Below, in pieces: positions 38,774 to 49,984 of a DNA stretch of 64,000 nucleotides (position 1 is its first letter; every line of letters starts with the position of its first letter). Source of the DNA: an uncultured Desulfurococcales archaeon. GTDB lineage: Archaea; Thermoproteota; Thermoprotei_A; Sulfolobales; CAZCAU01. The position numbers and the translations under genes were made by a program. The notes beneath the pieces are model-generated. The model did not search any database. It was given only the letters and a program-made list of their open reading frames with translations, and was not told the origin of the DNA. The DNA lies in NCBI GenBank assembly GCA_964496855.1, contig CAZCAU010000002.1:4122-68121 (forward strand). The letters are read 5' to 3'.

Positions 38774-39409
38774 TTAGGTGGAGCGTGCCCAGTCTGCTGG
38801 GGTTACGACGCGATAGGTTGCTTTTAGTGCATTGTATGTGGCACGAGCGAAGTTGTAAGTAGTTCTCGTCTCGCCTAGTGTTGATGACCATACATCTCTT
38901 ATCCCAGCTAATCGAAGAACAGTTTTTGCCACATCCCCCGCTACTAATCCAGTGCCTTTAGGAGCTGGCTTTAACTCTACTATTACGCTACCACTCTTAC
39001 CTCTGACAGTGAAAGGCACTGAGTGAGGCTCGCCGCAGGTACACTCCCAGCTACCACATCCTCTTCTAACTGGCGTGATATTGAGCTTAGCATTAATTAT
39101 CGCCTTCTCTATTGCGAAACGTAACTGTTTGGCTTTACCAGCCCCTAATCCCACAAAGCCGTCTTCATTACCGACAACGACTACTACTCTGAACTTTGTA
39201 TCACGACCAGCATCAGTTACTTTTTGCACGAGCGAGACGTCGAGCACCTCGTGTTTAAGATCAGGCATGAGATAATCTACTATCTCGGGTTCTAGTAGAG
39301 GAAGGTTGCGCTCAAATATCTCTTTTAGGGAGGCTATTCTACCCTCTTTTACCATACGGCCTGCTCTAGTCCTAGGGACCCATTCTTCCAAGCTTTGCTG
39401 CTGGCTCAT
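38774..39409 (-). CDS. rps5: 30S ribosomal protein uS5 (mirror copy)
   Basis: Twin of 24222..24857; identical translation. Confidence 0.91.
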   Translation of the reverse strand: MSQQQSLEEWVPRTRAGRMVKEGRIASLKEIFERNLPLLEPEIVDYLMPDLKHEVLDVSLVQKVTDAGRDTKFRVVVVVGNEDGFVGLGAGKAKQLRFAIEKAIINAKLNITPVRRGCGSWECTCGEPHSVPFTVRGKSGSVIVELKPAPKGTGLVAGDVAKTVLRLAGIRDVWSSTLGETRTTYNFARATYNALKATYRVVTPADWARST

Positions 39410-40011
39410 GCCTTTACACCCTTGTAATCTTCACTTATTCGTGTCTTTACCTCATCAAAATGCTTAGGCGTATCAACGGGGTTAAACCCGCGCGATAATA
39501 ACGCAGAGAATAAGCGTGAGAAGCGTTCAGGATCCTCTTCTTCGAGTTTCTTAGCATATTCTGCTATATGGACACCACGAATCCTATCCTCGGAGGGCAA
39601 CACTTCTTCAGATACAGGTATTTTTAGACCTGCATCAAGCGCTCCTTTAACAACGGCGAAAACTCTTGCACCTTTAACAGGCTTATGGAGACCTATATCA
39701 GCTATTGCTTCTTTTATCCCCTTCTCTAGTGCACGGAGCCCCAAGAGGTATCCTGTGAGGTATGCTGCTGGGGTATTGCAAGTCCCTGCTTTCCAACCAT
39801 ATTTTTTAACCAATTCCCTGCTATGAGCGGCCACTAATGTTACATCGCCCTGGGGCTCAGCTTTTATTATCTGTGCCTGGATGTACTTTAGCGACTTCCT
39901 AATGACTAGCCTGAGCCTCTTAGACAGTACCATTGTGTATCTCTTATAGTAGTTCGTCTTCCCCTCTCTTCTCCTTCTTCTAGGGACTTTGTATCTAGGC
40001 CCTCTAGCCAT
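39406..40011 (-). CDS. rpl18: 50S ribosomal protein uL18 (mirror copy)
   Basis: Twin of 23620..24225; identical translation. Confidence 0.9.
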   Translation of the reverse strand: MARGPRYKVPRRRRREGKTNYYKRYTMVLSKRLRLVIRKSLKYIQAQIIKAEPQGDVTLVAAHSRELVKKYGWKAGTCNTPAAYLTGYLLGLRALEKGIKEAIADIGLHKPVKGARVFAVVKGALDAGLKIPVSEEVLPSEDRIRGVHIAEYAKKLEEEDPERFSRLFSALLSRGFNPVDTPKHFDEVKTRISEDYKGVKA

Positions 40012-40030
40012 TGTCTTCTTACCCTACCTG

Positions 40031-40483
40031 TTATTTCTTCTTGAGTAGACTATGTTCAGTGATGTAACTCTGCAAAGCAGACAAGCTCTTAAACATTCCG
40101 CCTTTAGCGAGCATGTAGAGCCGCCTATAAGTTCTCGCATCAATTCTCTTGTTATCCCTAAGGTACCTGAGATGCCGCCTCATCTTTCTAATCCTATGCA
40201 TCCAAGCCTCTTTCTCAGGTAGCCTAGCAGTTTTCTTACCCTTCCTCTTACCACACCCTCTCCTATGGCCCTTTTGTCTCTTCCTCCTCCTCTCAAGCCA
40301 TCTATGAGCATTGCCATGTACTGGCTCGACATATATTATTCCTTCCTTAATGAGTTTCTTTACATCCTCTCTAGTCAACGCCTCGCTTACTCTCTCAGCT
40401 TCCTCGGGTTTTATCTTAACCCTGCTTACACCGACTCCTAGTATCTCTGCCGCCAGTCTTTTCTGCAAGCTTAGATCCATCAC
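40031..40483 (-). CDS. rpl19e: 50S ribosomal protein eL19 (mirror copy)
   Basis: Twin of 23148..23600; identical translation. Confidence 0.9.
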   Translation of the reverse strand: MMDLSLQKRLAAEILGVGVSRVKIKPEEAERVSEALTREDVKKLIKEGIIYVEPVHGNAHRWLERRRKRQKGHRRGCGKRKGKKTARLPEKEAWMHRIRKMRRHLRYLRDNKRIDARTYRRLYMLAKGGMFKSLSALQSYITEHSLLKKK

Positions 40484-40490
40484 TCTGCAC

Positions 40491-40892
40491 CTACATATTA
40501 GCTATCTTAAACCCTTTCTCTAGAGCCGCCTTAATTATCTCTTGCCTCTTCCTATAACCAACAGTGGAGGAGATATATATTATATGCTCAGACGGATCGA
40601 AGGCGTCGAGATCTCTAAGAGATGACACTGTTACCGGGTATAAACCTGACGGATGCAAGCCTCTTATCTCAGTTGGCTTGCGGTAACCTATGCTTACAAC
40701 AGGCGGGTATCCCTTGAGTTTAAGCCTCATCTTATTATCATTACCTTTAGGCTTGCGCCAGCACGGGTCTCTGCTAAATTTCTTAAACTTCCAGTACTGG
40801 TGTCTGTAGAAGTCTGGTAAACGTCTTCTTAACTCATTTCTCAGCCTGAGTAATCTCTCAAGACTCTTGCGTGGAGGCTGTGTTGACCCCAT
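40491..40892 (-). CDS. rpl32e: 50S ribosomal protein eL32 (mirror copy)
   Basis: Twin of 22739..23140; identical translation. Confidence 0.89.
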   Translation of the reverse strand: MGSTQPPRKSLERLLRLRNELRRRLPDFYRHQYWKFKKFSRDPCWRKPKGNDNKMRLKLKGYPPVVSIGYRKPTEIRGLHPSGLYPVTVSSLRDLDAFDPSEHIIYISSTVGYRKRQEIIKAALEKGFKIANM

Positions 40893-41443
40893 TACTCCAT
40901 CACCCCTTTCTCGTAGATGTATATACCGTCCATGAAGACACGTCTATCCAAATCGCTTATTTTCGTGGCTCTCTCGATGTTGGCTGCTGTCTGGCCCACG
41001 TTTTCGATATTTATACCCTCAACAATGACATCAGTTCCTTCAACTCTGACACGTACATCGTCGCCATAAATCTCTGCTACTCTTGGTGCTCTTTCGCCAA
41101 GGAAGTTCTCTATGAGTATCTTCTTTCCTTCGACTTTAACGCTTATTGGGAAGTGCGAGTATATTATCTTAAGCTTGTACCTATATCCTTTTGTCACACC
41201 TGTTATCATGTTAGAAATATGAGATGCAATTGATCCTACAAGTGCTTTTTTACGCCTATTCGCGAAAAAGGTTTCAACCACTACTTTATTGTCTTCTTTT
41301 CTTACAATAATTCCTCTAGCGTGAGAGAAATCCCTCTCAAGCGTACCCTTGGGTCCACTAACCCTGACTTTTAAACCATTAATTTCCACATTGACTCCTT
41401 CCGGGATTTCAACTTCTTCAGCGACATGAACAACCTTGGCCAT
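40892..41443 (-). CDS. rpl6: 50S ribosomal protein uL6 (mirror copy)
   Basis: Twin of 22188..22739 (the track ORF extends to 41479). Confidence 0.88.
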   Translation of the reverse strand: MAKVVHVAEEVEIPEGVNVEINGLKVRVSGPKGTLERDFSHARGIIVRKEDNKVVVETFFANRRKKALVGSIASHISNMITGVTKGYRYKLKIIYSHFPISVKVEGKKILIENFLGERAPRVAEIYGDDVRVRVEGTDVIVEGINIENVGQTAANIERATKISDLDRRVFMDGIYIYEKGVME

Positions 41444-41468
41444 TGCTATCGCCTCGTTTATCATGTTA

Positions 41469-41870
41469 TTAGTATACATATGCTAGTAGAACACCACCTG
41501 TTCTGTGCTGTATTGCCTCCTTGTGCGACATCATGCCTTTAGGAGTGCTTACAACCAGTATCCCGAACTCTCGTGAAGGCAAGTACTTTCTTAGCCAGTG
41601 GGGCATCTCTGCTAGTTCTCTATAGCTTACAGAGAATCTTGGTTTAATGACGCCAGTCTTATTTATCCTTCCTAGTAGCTGTACTTTGATCTTACCCCAT
41701 CTCCCATCATCTATGTACTCGAACTCTCCTATGTACCCCTCCTTCTGGAACACTCTTAATACCGCTATTATGAGTTTAGAAGCAGGCATAATTATGGCTT
41801 CTTTCTTAGCTCGCATCTCGCAATTGTATATTGTAGCCAGGGCGTTGGCTAGTGTATCCAGCATGACCAT
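41469..41870 (-). CDS. rps8: 30S ribosomal protein uS8 (mirror copy)
   Basis: Twin of 21761..22162; identical translation. Confidence 0.91.
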   Translation of the reverse strand: MVMLDTLANALATIYNCEMRAKKEAIIMPASKLIIAVLRVFQKEGYIGEFEYIDDGRWGKIKVQLLGRINKTGVIKPRFSVSYRELAEMPHWLRKYLPSREFGILVVSTPKGMMSHKEAIQHRTGGVLLAYVY

Positions 41871-41884
41871 TGCTTAATCCCACC

Positions 41885-42049
41885 CTAGTTGTATTTTCTA
41901 AATCCTATGCTATACGCTACTTCTCGGAAGCATTGCCTGCAGAGGTATAGGCCATACTTCCTGATGATAGCATCTCGAGATCCACATCTAATGCATGCAC
42001 GCGAGCCCTTCCCGTATTTTCTCACCTTAATAGGCCTATACTTGCCCAT
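41885..42049 (-). CDS. rps14: 30S ribosomal protein uS14, zinc type (mirror copy; not in ORF track)
   Basis: Reverse complement of 21582..21746. Confidence 0.89.
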   Translation of the reverse strand: MGKYRPIKVRKYGKGSRACIRCGSRDAIIRKYGLYLCRQCFREVAYSIGFRKYN

Positions 42050-42059
42050 CTACCCCACC

Positions 42060-42626
42060 TTAGACTATCTGTACACCTAGTTCTTTAGATAGAAAGACTA
42101 TTCCCTCTTCCTTAGATACCCTATGCCTTCTAGGCACGCGTTTCTTGCGGCAACGCCTTCTTCTCATAATTCTGTAACCTGGCCGTTCTAAAGTTATTGC
42201 TATATCCATTCCAAAGACTCCCATTTCCGGATCGTACGTAGTGCCTGGGATAAGGATATGCTCTGTTATTCCGAAAGATACATTCCCATAATCGTCAAAA
42301 CTGCTAGCCTTTATTCTCCAACCGACAGCCTCAAGTGCTCTCTTTAAGAATTCTATAGCATGTTGGCCTCTAAGAGTAACCATCACAGCTATGTTTTCGC
42401 CCTTACGTATGCCAAAACCCCTTATTGTCTTCTTTGCTCTCCTAAAAACCGGTTTTTGACCAGTTAGTTGCTCAAGTAATGTAGCTGCTTTCTGTAAACG
42501 CTCCCCGCTTTGGCCGACACCTATATTCACCGTGACCTTGGCTATTCTAGGTTTTCTCATAGGGTTCTCGCTCCATTTCTTCAAGATATCGTCAACAAGC
42601 TCTGGAGACAACGACATCCTGCTCAA
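42060..42626 (-). CDS. rpl5: 50S ribosomal protein uL5 (mirror copy)
   Basis: Twin of 21005..21571; identical translation. Confidence 0.9.
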   Translation of the reverse strand: MSRMSLSPELVDDILKKWSENPMRKPRIAKVTVNIGVGQSGERLQKAATLLEQLTGQKPVFRRAKKTIRGFGIRKGENIAVMVTLRGQHAIEFLKRALEAVGWRIKASSFDDYGNVSFGITEHILIPGTTYDPEMGVFGMDIAITLERPGYRIMRRRRCRKKRVPRRHRVSKEEGIVFLSKELGVQIV

Positions 42627-43381
42627 TACACCTCCTCAGGCAATGATATCAATGGCTCTTCATCGCCGATTACGAACACGTAATTAAGACTTGTCTGTAC
42701 TTTTTCACCATTCTTTCTCTCTAATGTAACTATACTCCTATGCCTGCCCATACCTCTTTTTATGTCAACTATCTTGCCTACTCTGCCTATGTTTCTGCCA
42801 CCAACAATAATGGCTAGCTTCCCTATTTCAAGGGGGGTGTAATCCAAGATTTCTTGTTCAGGTATTCCTAGCTTTATTGTACCGAGAGTCTCGTATCTAT
42901 CCTCCACAGGGTTACGCGGGTCTGATACCTTGATTAGGTGATTCCTGCCATCATGGAAGTTTAACTGGATATGCCCGCCTTTAACAGTTGTTTTATTCTC
43001 TATTCTGACGGGTTTAAAGGAAGCTTCATCCTCCGAGACAGGGTGGAGCTTGAAATGCTTTACGGGATAAGGTATGAACCTATACTTTTCACCAGTGGTA
43101 GTGATTTCGATTACATCCATGAAGCCTACGGGGTACTTATAGTCTTTTCTCACTCTCCCATCTATCTTTATGTGTCCCTCACTTATTATCTTCCTTGCCT
43201 CTCTAGAAGTCTCGGCATAACCTAGTACATTGCGTACTATGAGTAGAAGAGGTAGAGATCTCTCTATTGGATGTGGGCCTGGGGAAGGTTTAGGCGCCCA
43301 GTGATACTCCTTTCTAAGAATAGGCCAGAAACCTGGTGCTGCAAAGCTTCTAAGGTGTCTGCTTCCACCTAATTTGCCCAT
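42623..43381 (-). CDS. rps4e: 30S ribosomal protein eS4 (mirror copy)
   Basis: Twin of 20250..21008; identical translation. Confidence 0.91.
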   Translation of the reverse strand: MGKLGGSRHLRSFAAPGFWPILRKEYHWAPKPSPGPHPIERSLPLLLIVRNVLGYAETSREARKIISEGHIKIDGRVRKDYKYPVGFMDVIEITTTGEKYRFIPYPVKHFKLHPVSEDEASFKPVRIENKTTVKGGHIQLNFHDGRNHLIKVSDPRNPVEDRYETLGTIKLGIPEQEILDYTPLEIGKLAIIVGGRNIGRVGKIVDIKRGMGRHRSIVTLERKNGEKVQTSLNYVFVIGDEEPLISLPEEVY

Positions 43382-43491
43382 TACTCTCAGTGACCCTCCT
43401 AGGATTTGTATTGTGACACATACTATCAGGTAGTCTGCTAGAACCCATGATTACTTGGAAGCTTATTAAATTTATTTTTGCCTTAAGAAGA

Positions 43492-43869
43492 CTATTCTTT
43501 TTCTCGCTTATGTCTCTCCTCGATAATCTTCATTCTAAGCTTGTCACTAGTGTCTAGCTTCACTATCATTACTTTTGATGGATGAATAGGATAGAAACGA
43601 GGTGTACCGTCAGCCTTCTGTATAGTTACTCCTTCAACATATATTCTCATATCTCTAAGGCTAACCCTAAGCACTTTGCCTTCGTGACCAGCCCAGCTAC
43701 CTCTAAGTATTCTTACGACATCTCCTTTTCTAACTGGGAGTCTCTTCACATTATACTTTTCAACGAGTTCCGGACTTAGAGGTGCTGCCATCATCTTGTA
43801 TCTTTTGTGAAGAGGCGCATTAAACAGTCTCTTCCTCTGCTTTCTGGGTTGCGTGGTTTTTGAGGTCAT
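43492..43869 (-). CDS. rpl24: 50S ribosomal protein uL24 (mirror copy)
   Basis: Twin of 19762..20139; identical translation. Confidence 0.9.
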   Translation of the reverse strand: MTSKTTQPRKQRKRLFNAPLHKRYKMMAAPLSPELVEKYNVKRLPVRKGDVVRILRGSWAGHEGKVLRVSLRDMRIYVEGVTIQKADGTPRFYPIHPSKVMIVKLDTSDKLRMKIIEERHKREKE

Positions 43870-43880
43870 CCTTTATTCAC

Positions 43881-44306
43881 CTACACAACTGTTGATGCAA
43901 TGTTTGCTATTCTAGGCCAGCGTTCTGCAGCCTCTTTCGCTATTGGGCCTCTTATCTCACTTCCTTTTGGTGATCCATCCTGGGTAATAATGACAACAGC
44001 GTTATCTTCAAAAGCTACCCATGTCCCGTCTGGACGTCTAAAAGGTCTCCGTTGGCGAACTATCACTGCTGGCACTATTTGTCTTCTCATCTCTGGTGTT
44101 CCCTTTTTGACTGATACTATTACTAAATCACCAACGCCAGCAGGTGGTATTCTTCTGAGTCTACCTTTGTAACCAGGTACTCCTATTATGAGGACTTCTT
44201 TAGCACCACTATTATCAGCTACCTTAACCCAGCTACCTACCTGTAGACCCGTATTTATACGCCTTCTAGATGCAGCACTACTTATTTTGCCTACTTTGCC
44301 TGGCAT
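43881..44306 (-). CDS. rpl14: 50S ribosomal protein uL14 (mirror copy)
   Basis: Twin of 19325..19750; identical translation. Confidence 0.91.
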   Translation of the reverse strand: MPGKVGKISSAASRRRINTGLQVGSWVKVADNSGAKEVLIIGVPGYKGRLRRIPPAGVGDLVIVSVKKGTPEMRRQIVPAVIVRQRRPFRRPDGTWVAFEDNAVVIITQDGSPKGSEIRGPIAKEAAERWPRIANIASTVV

Positions 44307-44312
44307 CTAGCA

Positions 44313-44678
44313 TTACCTCTCAACGTTTTTACCAACAACACCTATTACAACGAATGAAACCGTTTTTGAGATAGGTCTAGTCTCGCCAATAATTACTATA
44401 TCACCTTCTTTTGCATTAAGGCATGGCGGGTTATGTGCATGTATTTTTGAATGTCTCTTCTCGTATCTCCTGTACTTGCGATCGTAGTAGAGGTAATCGT
44501 AACGCACAGTAACAGTGTTTTTCATCTTAGCTTTCTCAACAACTCCTCTCAGTATTAAGCCTCTGACCCTTAATGTACCGTGAAACGGGCAGTTTGGATC
44601 CTTACAAGTAGCCGTAGGTGGCTTTATACCGGGTACTCCAACGTTCTTGACTGGTTTTCTAGCTAGTTTAGCGCTCAA
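44313..44678 (-). CDS. rps17: 30S ribosomal protein uS17 (mirror copy)
   Basis: Twin of 18953..19318; identical translation. Confidence 0.9.
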   Translation of the reverse strand: MSAKLARKPVKNVGVPGIKPPTATCKDPNCPFHGTLRVRGLILRGVVEKAKMKNTVTVRYDYLYYDRKYRRYEKRHSKIHAHNPPCLNAKEGDIVIIGETRPISKTVSFVVIGVVGKNVER

Positions 44679-44681
44679 ATT

Positions 44682-44969
44682 CTATCTCCTCGTCTTTAAT
44701 TTTCTGAGCCTATCTTCGGGTCTTGCTAATATTTCTTCTCCTCGAACCACGACTTGCGTCGAGTCCGGCAACTGAAATATGAATACACCTCCCTTTTTAA
44801 GAATTTTCTTTAGTTCACCACTCTCCTCATCCCTTATTATTAGAAGGTTCCTAGTCTCCCAGTATACGGTTCCCTTCTTACCTATGTAAGAAGGAGATAA
44901 ATGATCTGCTACGTAGACCTTCAAGCCTATTAACTCATGAAAGAATATGTTTCGCGGAGTATGTCTCAA
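44682..44969 (-). CDS. rnp1: RNase P protein component 1, Rpp29 (mirror copy)
   Basis: Twin of 18662..18949; identical translation. Confidence 0.81.
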   Translation of the reverse strand: MRHTPRNIFFHELIGLKVYVADHLSPSYIGKKGTVYWETRNLLIIRDEESGELKKILKKGGVFIFQLPDSTQVVVRGEEILARPEDRLRKLKTRR

Positions 44970-44995
44970 AACTTAGAACCATTTGGACGTTTATT

Positions 44996-45199
44996 CTAGC
45001 TTTTGTGTTTTCTCTCCTCGTTCTCTATTGTAAGTATTCTGGCAATAGACTTCTTTATACTCCTTATTTTCCCAGGATTCTCCAAGGTACCTATCTCTGC
45101 TTGTAGTCTAAGTCTTAGAAGTTCTTCTCGAAGTTCCATGAGCTTCTTACGCCTCTCTTCAGGACTCATTTTTCTTATGTCCTCGGGTTTTAGACTCAT
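44996..45199 (-). CDS. rpl29: 50S ribosomal protein uL29 (mirror copy)
   Basis: Twin of 18432..18635; identical translation. Confidence 0.88.
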   Translation of the reverse strand: MSLKPEDIRKMSPEERRKKLMELREELLRLRLQAEIGTLENPGKIRSIKKSIARILTIENEERKHKS

Positions 45200-45807
45200 G
45201 TCTCAGCAGCCTCTGGTGTCTTTATCTTTATGCTATCAACAGGTGATCCAGGCTTAACTATTAAGACTTCTACACCGTAGATTCCTGGTTTTAGAAGCGC
45301 GTGTGCTATGGCATGGTCAACTAGTAGGTCTACTTGCTCGCCAGCCTTGTATATTCTACCCATTCTGTACTTTTCATACCTAGCTCTTTCGCTAGTTAGT
45401 TTACCGCTTATCTTTATCTCTGCTCCCACAGCTCCGGCAGCCATTATTCTTCTAAGTGCTATAAATGCTGCTCTTCTAAAGTGGAATCCTCTCTCCAAAG
45501 CCTGTGCCAGTCTAGAAGCCATTACCCTTGCATTTAGATCAGGGTTCTCAACAGGCATTACTGTTATCTGGGGGTTCTCGAGGCCAAATACCTTCTCAAA
45601 TATCCTTGCTAGTTCTCTTATAGTCTGGCCTCTTCTGCCTATAATCATTGCTGGTCTCTCAGCGTATATTACAATGTGTGTACCAAGCGGTGTGCGCTGT
45701 ATATTAACCCCTGCGTAGCCTGCTCTGGTAAACATTCTTGCAAGGTACTCGTCTACTCTTGTTTTCTGAAGGCCTCTTTGTACAAAGTACCTCTTTATGT
45801 TCACCAT
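45196..45807 (-). CDS. rps3: 30S ribosomal protein uS3 (mirror copy)
   Basis: Twin of 17824..18435; identical translation. Confidence 0.91.
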   Translation of the reverse strand: MVNIKRYFVQRGLQKTRVDEYLARMFTRAGYAGVNIQRTPLGTHIVIYAERPAMIIGRRGQTIRELARIFEKVFGLENPQITVMPVENPDLNARVMASRLAQALERGFHFRRAAFIALRRIMAAGAVGAEIKISGKLTSERARYEKYRMGRIYKAGEQVDLLVDHAIAHALLKPGIYGVEVLIVKPGSPVDSIKIKTPEAAET

Positions 45808-45812
45808 TGCCG

Positions 45813-46283
45813 CTAGACCTCTTTCACAACTATTTCTACATGGCTATAATGCTTAAACCTAGGAGTAGAACGACCGAATGCTCTAGGCATGTATCTCTTA
45901 AGAGTAATTGCTTTATGCACAGCCATGTGTATTATCTTGAGTCTATCAACATCTAGACCTTTATCTATCGCGTTATTCTCCACGTTATCGAGCAGTTTTA
46001 ACAAGTACTTTGCTGCTTTGACAGGGTATCTACCTACAGGCCAGCCAGCTTTGTCTGCTAAGCCTCTGCGATGAGCTTGTTTACCATGATAACGCCTAAT
46101 CGGTACAGCCTCTTTTTTCTCTATCACGCGCTGAAGAATCTCTCGTGCTTCGCTTAGCTTCTTACCCCTAAGTAGTGCTACTAGGTCAACCATTTTACGG
46201 TAGGAAATAGGTACGTCTCTAGCTGATGCCTTAGCTATGAGGGTTTCATCGCGGAACTTAACACTATAATCCCAACTCGGCAC
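45813..46283 (-). CDS. rpl22: 50S ribosomal protein uL22 (mirror copy)
   Basis: Twin of 17348..17818 (the track ORF extends to 46295). Confidence 0.88.
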   Translation of the reverse strand: MPSWDYSVKFRDETLIAKASARDVPISYRKMVDLVALLRGKKLSEAREILQRVIEKKEAVPIRRYHGKQAHRRGLADKAGWPVGRYPVKAAKYLLKLLDNVENNAIDKGLDVDRLKIIHMAVHKAITLKRYMPRAFGRSTPRFKHYSHVEIVVKEV

Positions 46284-46302
46284 TGTGTTCTGCACCTCTC
46301 TA

Positions 46303-46743
46303 TTACTTTAGTCCTACGAACATGCTTGAACGAGTGGCTTTCAGACCAGGCTCGCCGTGCTGTACTTGTTTACACGTAGGCGCGAACTCTCCTAAGTAAT
46401 GACCTATCATCTCTGGTGTGATCCTTACGGGTATGAACTCTTTGCCATTGTAAACAGCAATAGTTAATCCTACCATCTCAGGTAGTATGATCATGTCTCT
46501 TACATGGGTACGTATAACGATTTTCCTATTGGGGTCTTTCTTAAGGATATTTCTGACACGCCTTATCTTTTCTATAAGCTTTCTTTGTGCAGGCGTAAAC
46601 CCTCTGAGAATGCTCCTTCTTTGACGAGCAGGGAGAAGTTTAATGAACTCGTCCATCGGCAGGTTTAGTAATTCCTCTATGCTACGTCCTCTATACCTAA
46701 ATTTTCTCCATTCGACCGGGATCTCTTCTATGCTTATAGCCAC
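46303..46743 (-). CDS. rps19: 30S ribosomal protein uS19 (mirror copy)
   Basis: Twin of 16888..17328; identical translation. Confidence 0.89.
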   Translation of the reverse strand: MAISIEEIPVEWRKFRYRGRSIEELLNLPMDEFIKLLPARQRRSILRGFTPAQRKLIEKIRRVRNILKKDPNRKIVIRTHVRDMIILPEMVGLTIAVYNGKEFIPVRITPEMIGHYLGEFAPTCKQVQHGEPGLKATRSSMFVGLK

Positions 46744-46857
46744 GCTATCCCCACCATTTTCTTCAGCATTTACTACCGGTTACCCCTACCAGCATCTTCT
46801 TTGTTACACGGATTAACTATATGGGAATATTAAATTTTCCCCAAGACTCGTAATTCT

Positions 46858-48942
46858 CTAAGAAAATATCTTTTGAGCAATAGGTTTTATCCTAGACACA
46901 TCGCTTAGCACATATATCTTTGCTCCATAACTCTTGAGTCTCTCACTAGCCTCAACATTATAGTCTGGGGGTACCACCACCTTAATTCTCCAGCCTCTTA
47001 AGATGAGCTGCTTAACGATTTCCTCGACACCTATACTTCTCTTAACCGTTTGTTTGAGATCTGATACTAGAACCAGTATACCAGGGCGAGTTCTTCTAGT
47101 ACTGCTCTTTAAGGCTGCTACTATGTCTGTCAATCCTTCAAACTTTTTAGAGATCAGTATCTCGACGAGTCGGGATATGCTTCTGCTCCTCCCCCTCACA
47201 TCAAAGTTTTCAGGGTGCTGCGAAAAGAGCGTTATCCGTTTTACTCTAGGCAAGAGAGCTGATGCCATGAGGAGAGCGTAGATAGAGTACTTTTGCATAC
47301 TACCACTATAGTCTACTACTAAGACTATTCTCCGTTGCTTATGCCTAGCAATATACTTGTAGACATGTGTAAGCCTAATCATGTTATATATACTACTTCG
47401 GTAGTCAAGTCTTGGAGTCCTGTAAGAGACTCTAGTCTTTTTGTAAACCAGATGTCCTCCTCTGTACTTCACTAACGACAATCTCCAGGCGCGAAGAGCT
47501 ATTCGTATAAGTCTCTTCCTAGTCTCAATACTGGTTGCCGTGGAGTATAGTCTTGATATATTGGTGAAAGCCTTATGTATTGGTTGCGTTTTCACCAGGA
47601 ATTTCGCAATCCCTATTTCTCGATCAGCTTCTGTACCAAGTATGTACAGTGCCTCTCTAAGCTTGTCTAAGCCTTGTATTCCCTTACCGCTTAATGCTTC
47701 TTTTCTCATCTTATTCTGAAGTTTGAATAACTGGTCTTGAATCATGTCTAAATATCCGGCATTCCCTGTACTAATATAGTTGTCAACATTATGCATTATG
47801 GATGCAACAAGCATTAGTAAGTCTGCTTCACGGCTTATCTTTTTAAGCGATTGTTTTTCTGGCAAAATCTCGGGAGACAAGTTGCCTCTCAAAATATCTT
47901 TTAGTAATAAATTAATATAGCCAGGCTGCTTTCTGAGTAGTCTACGTATAATCTCCCTAGATTCTTGAGAAGGTAATTTATCAAGAAGACTTCTAAGCTT
48001 TTCATAATTCATAAAACTGGTATTCATTATTTTTTCTATGAGCTCAGGCTTCCTAGACAATAGGAAAGACAACTCTTCCATACTTAGAGAAAGCCTATTA
48101 TGCGATATTAAATCGTCAATTATGTTCTCAATATTCCTACTATTCTCAAGTCTACCGTTACTTAGCCTGCTAGCTATTTCCTTGTCTATTATCCTCTTAT
48201 TACGGCTTGTAGCAGAATTTGATACAGATAACAACCTATCCAGCTGAGTATCACTCATATTTTTAAGAGTATCAGGATTTAGCTCGCTATATCTTAGGAC
48301 TATTCTTAGAAAATCACGATCCCACTTACCCTTTGGCTCATTAATCCATAGCTTATCGGCTAAGCTTGCCAAGCTTGTTATGTGGGCATTATATTCTCTT
48401 GCAACCCTTTTCAGATGCATCAATGCTTTTTTACGCGACACAATGTATTCTCTAGAACCATATTTCTCTATCAAGCCTGCTTTTCTCAACTCTATGTACG
48501 AAGAAATTTTCTTCATATACTCTTGCCTATTTTTCGCATCTTCTACTCTGCTGAGAGAGACTTTTTTGCCGAAATCCGTGTGTAAAGTATGTAAACGTTG
48601 AAGCACTTCATGCCACAGGTTTCTAAATACTTCTTCTGGAACAGCTCTAGCCAGGCTTGTCTTCTTCTCCCATATCTTGTCGTATAGGTCTTGATACTCT
48701 GGTTTCTTAACTAGTGAGGCCCTTATGATTTTGTATAAATCATTTAGTGTGATGTTTTTATTGAGAAAAGCGTACGTGTACATGAGTCTAAGAGAATCGA
48801 TAATCTCCGACACAGATATTTTAGCGCCTCGTTCTTTGAGCTCAAATGCTATACTTAGCAATAGCTTTGTAGCATTACCTAGGCTTTCAGCTATTTGCTT
48901 GTCTTCCATACTAGTATAAGCCTCTTTGAAAATGTCTACCAT
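46858..48942 (-). CDS. VWA-domain protein, CoxE-like (mirror copy)
   Basis: Twin of 14689..16773; identical 694-aa translation. Confidence 0.65.
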   Translation of the reverse strand: MVDIFKEAYTSMEDKQIAESLGNATKLLLSIAFELKERGAKISVSEIIDSLRLMYTYAFLNKNITLNDLYKIIRASLVKKPEYQDLYDKIWEKKTSLARAVPEEVFRNLWHEVLQRLHTLHTDFGKKVSLSRVEDAKNRQEYMKKISSYIELRKAGLIEKYGSREYIVSRKKALMHLKRVAREYNAHITSLASLADKLWINEPKGKWDRDFLRIVLRYSELNPDTLKNMSDTQLDRLLSVSNSATSRNKRIIDKEIASRLSNGRLENSRNIENIIDDLISHNRLSLSMEELSFLLSRKPELIEKIMNTSFMNYEKLRSLLDKLPSQESREIIRRLLRKQPGYINLLLKDILRGNLSPEILPEKQSLKKISREADLLMLVASIMHNVDNYISTGNAGYLDMIQDQLFKLQNKMRKEALSGKGIQGLDKLREALYILGTEADREIGIAKFLVKTQPIHKAFTNISRLYSTATSIETRKRLIRIALRAWRLSLVKYRGGHLVYKKTRVSYRTPRLDYRSSIYNMIRLTHVYKYIARHKQRRIVLVVDYSGSMQKYSIYALLMASALLPRVKRITLFSQHPENFDVRGRSRSISRLVEILISKKFEGLTDIVAALKSSTRRTRPGILVLVSDLKQTVKRSIGVEEIVKQLILRGWRIKVVVPPDYNVEASERLKSYGAKIYVLSDVSRIKPIAQKIFS

Positions 48943-48946
48943 ATAG

Positions 48947-49891
48947 TTATACCCGAAACCTTTTCCTCAATACCTCCTCGACAATGTCTTTATCATCGTA
49001 CTTCTTGCCTAGAACGCTTCTACCAGCATCAAGAAGATCTATATCATCTACTCTCTTCCTACCCCTAATCATCGCTACTCTCTGAGCTAATTGTGCCCAT
49101 GACACTGCTTCACTAGGCCCAGGCTTATACTCCATGCCTTTATCTCTAAGCTCGTTTAATGTATCAACTATCAAGTGCATCTTTTCCGCTGGTAAAGGAG
49201 GTAGGCCTGATAAGAGCCTTATTTTTATTATCTCTATCTCTGTATCCTCGTCCGGGTAGTTAAACTCTATCCTAGTGACGCGTCTGAGAAAAGCATCGCT
49301 GAGCTCTCCTTGTGCTATGTCCTCAGGATTCGATGTTAGTATAACCTGGAACCCATCTCCCTTAGCATAAATAGTTTTCTTAAGCTCTGGGATTATTATC
49401 CTACGCTTATCTATGATGTCGAGTAGTAGGTTCTGGAACTCCTCGCTAGATCTCCTTATCTCGTCTATTAGTACACCAGCATCTATGATGACTGCCGCTA
49501 GTAATGTTCTTGGTATGAAGCTTTTCTCGTTAAAACCATACCTTATAGCCATTAATGGGTGGAAATCACCTATCACTCTGTATTCATCATAGTTCTCGCT
49601 ACAAGGCAGGATAAAAGCTGACTTACCAGACCATAGCTCTAGTAGTGCTTGACCTATCTCGGTCTTACCCGTACCTGGAGGGCCTTCAAATAAGACTGGT
49701 TTGTTATTATAGAAGGATGCGAACACTAGTGTTACCAGCTCTTTGTCTACAACTAGTTTATACTCCTGTCTCAAGATCTTAACAGCTAGCTCAGGGTCTC
49801 TAATAGGCTCCCGGGTGACTAGTGAGCCTCCATAGATCTCCCATACTTTCTTTGAAAGTTCCTCGAACTCTTCTTGAGCCTTATCGTACAT
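48947..49891 (-). CDS. MoxR-family AAA+ ATPase (mirror copy)
   Basis: Twin of 13740..14684; identical 314-aa translation. Confidence 0.75.
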   Translation of the reverse strand: MYDKAQEEFEELSKKVWEIYGGSLVTREPIRDPELAVKILRQEYKLVVDKELVTLVFASFYNNKPVLFEGPPGTGKTEIGQALLELWSGKSAFILPCSENYDEYRVIGDFHPLMAIRYGFNEKSFIPRTLLAAVIIDAGVLIDEIRRSSEEFQNLLLDIIDKRRIIIPELKKTIYAKGDGFQVILTSNPEDIAQGELSDAFLRRVTRIEFNYPDEDTEIEIIKIRLLSGLPPLPAEKMHLIVDTLNELRDKGMEYKPGPSEAVSWAQLAQRVAMIRGRKRVDDIDLLDAGRSVLGKKYDDKDIVEEVLRKRFRV

Positions 49892-49984
49892 TACGTTATT
49901 TCCTCTTATAGCAGCCTCTAGTACAACATGATATATCCTTAGGGACTAATTTATTTTAGCATTTGAGTATTGTTGAGGAAGAGG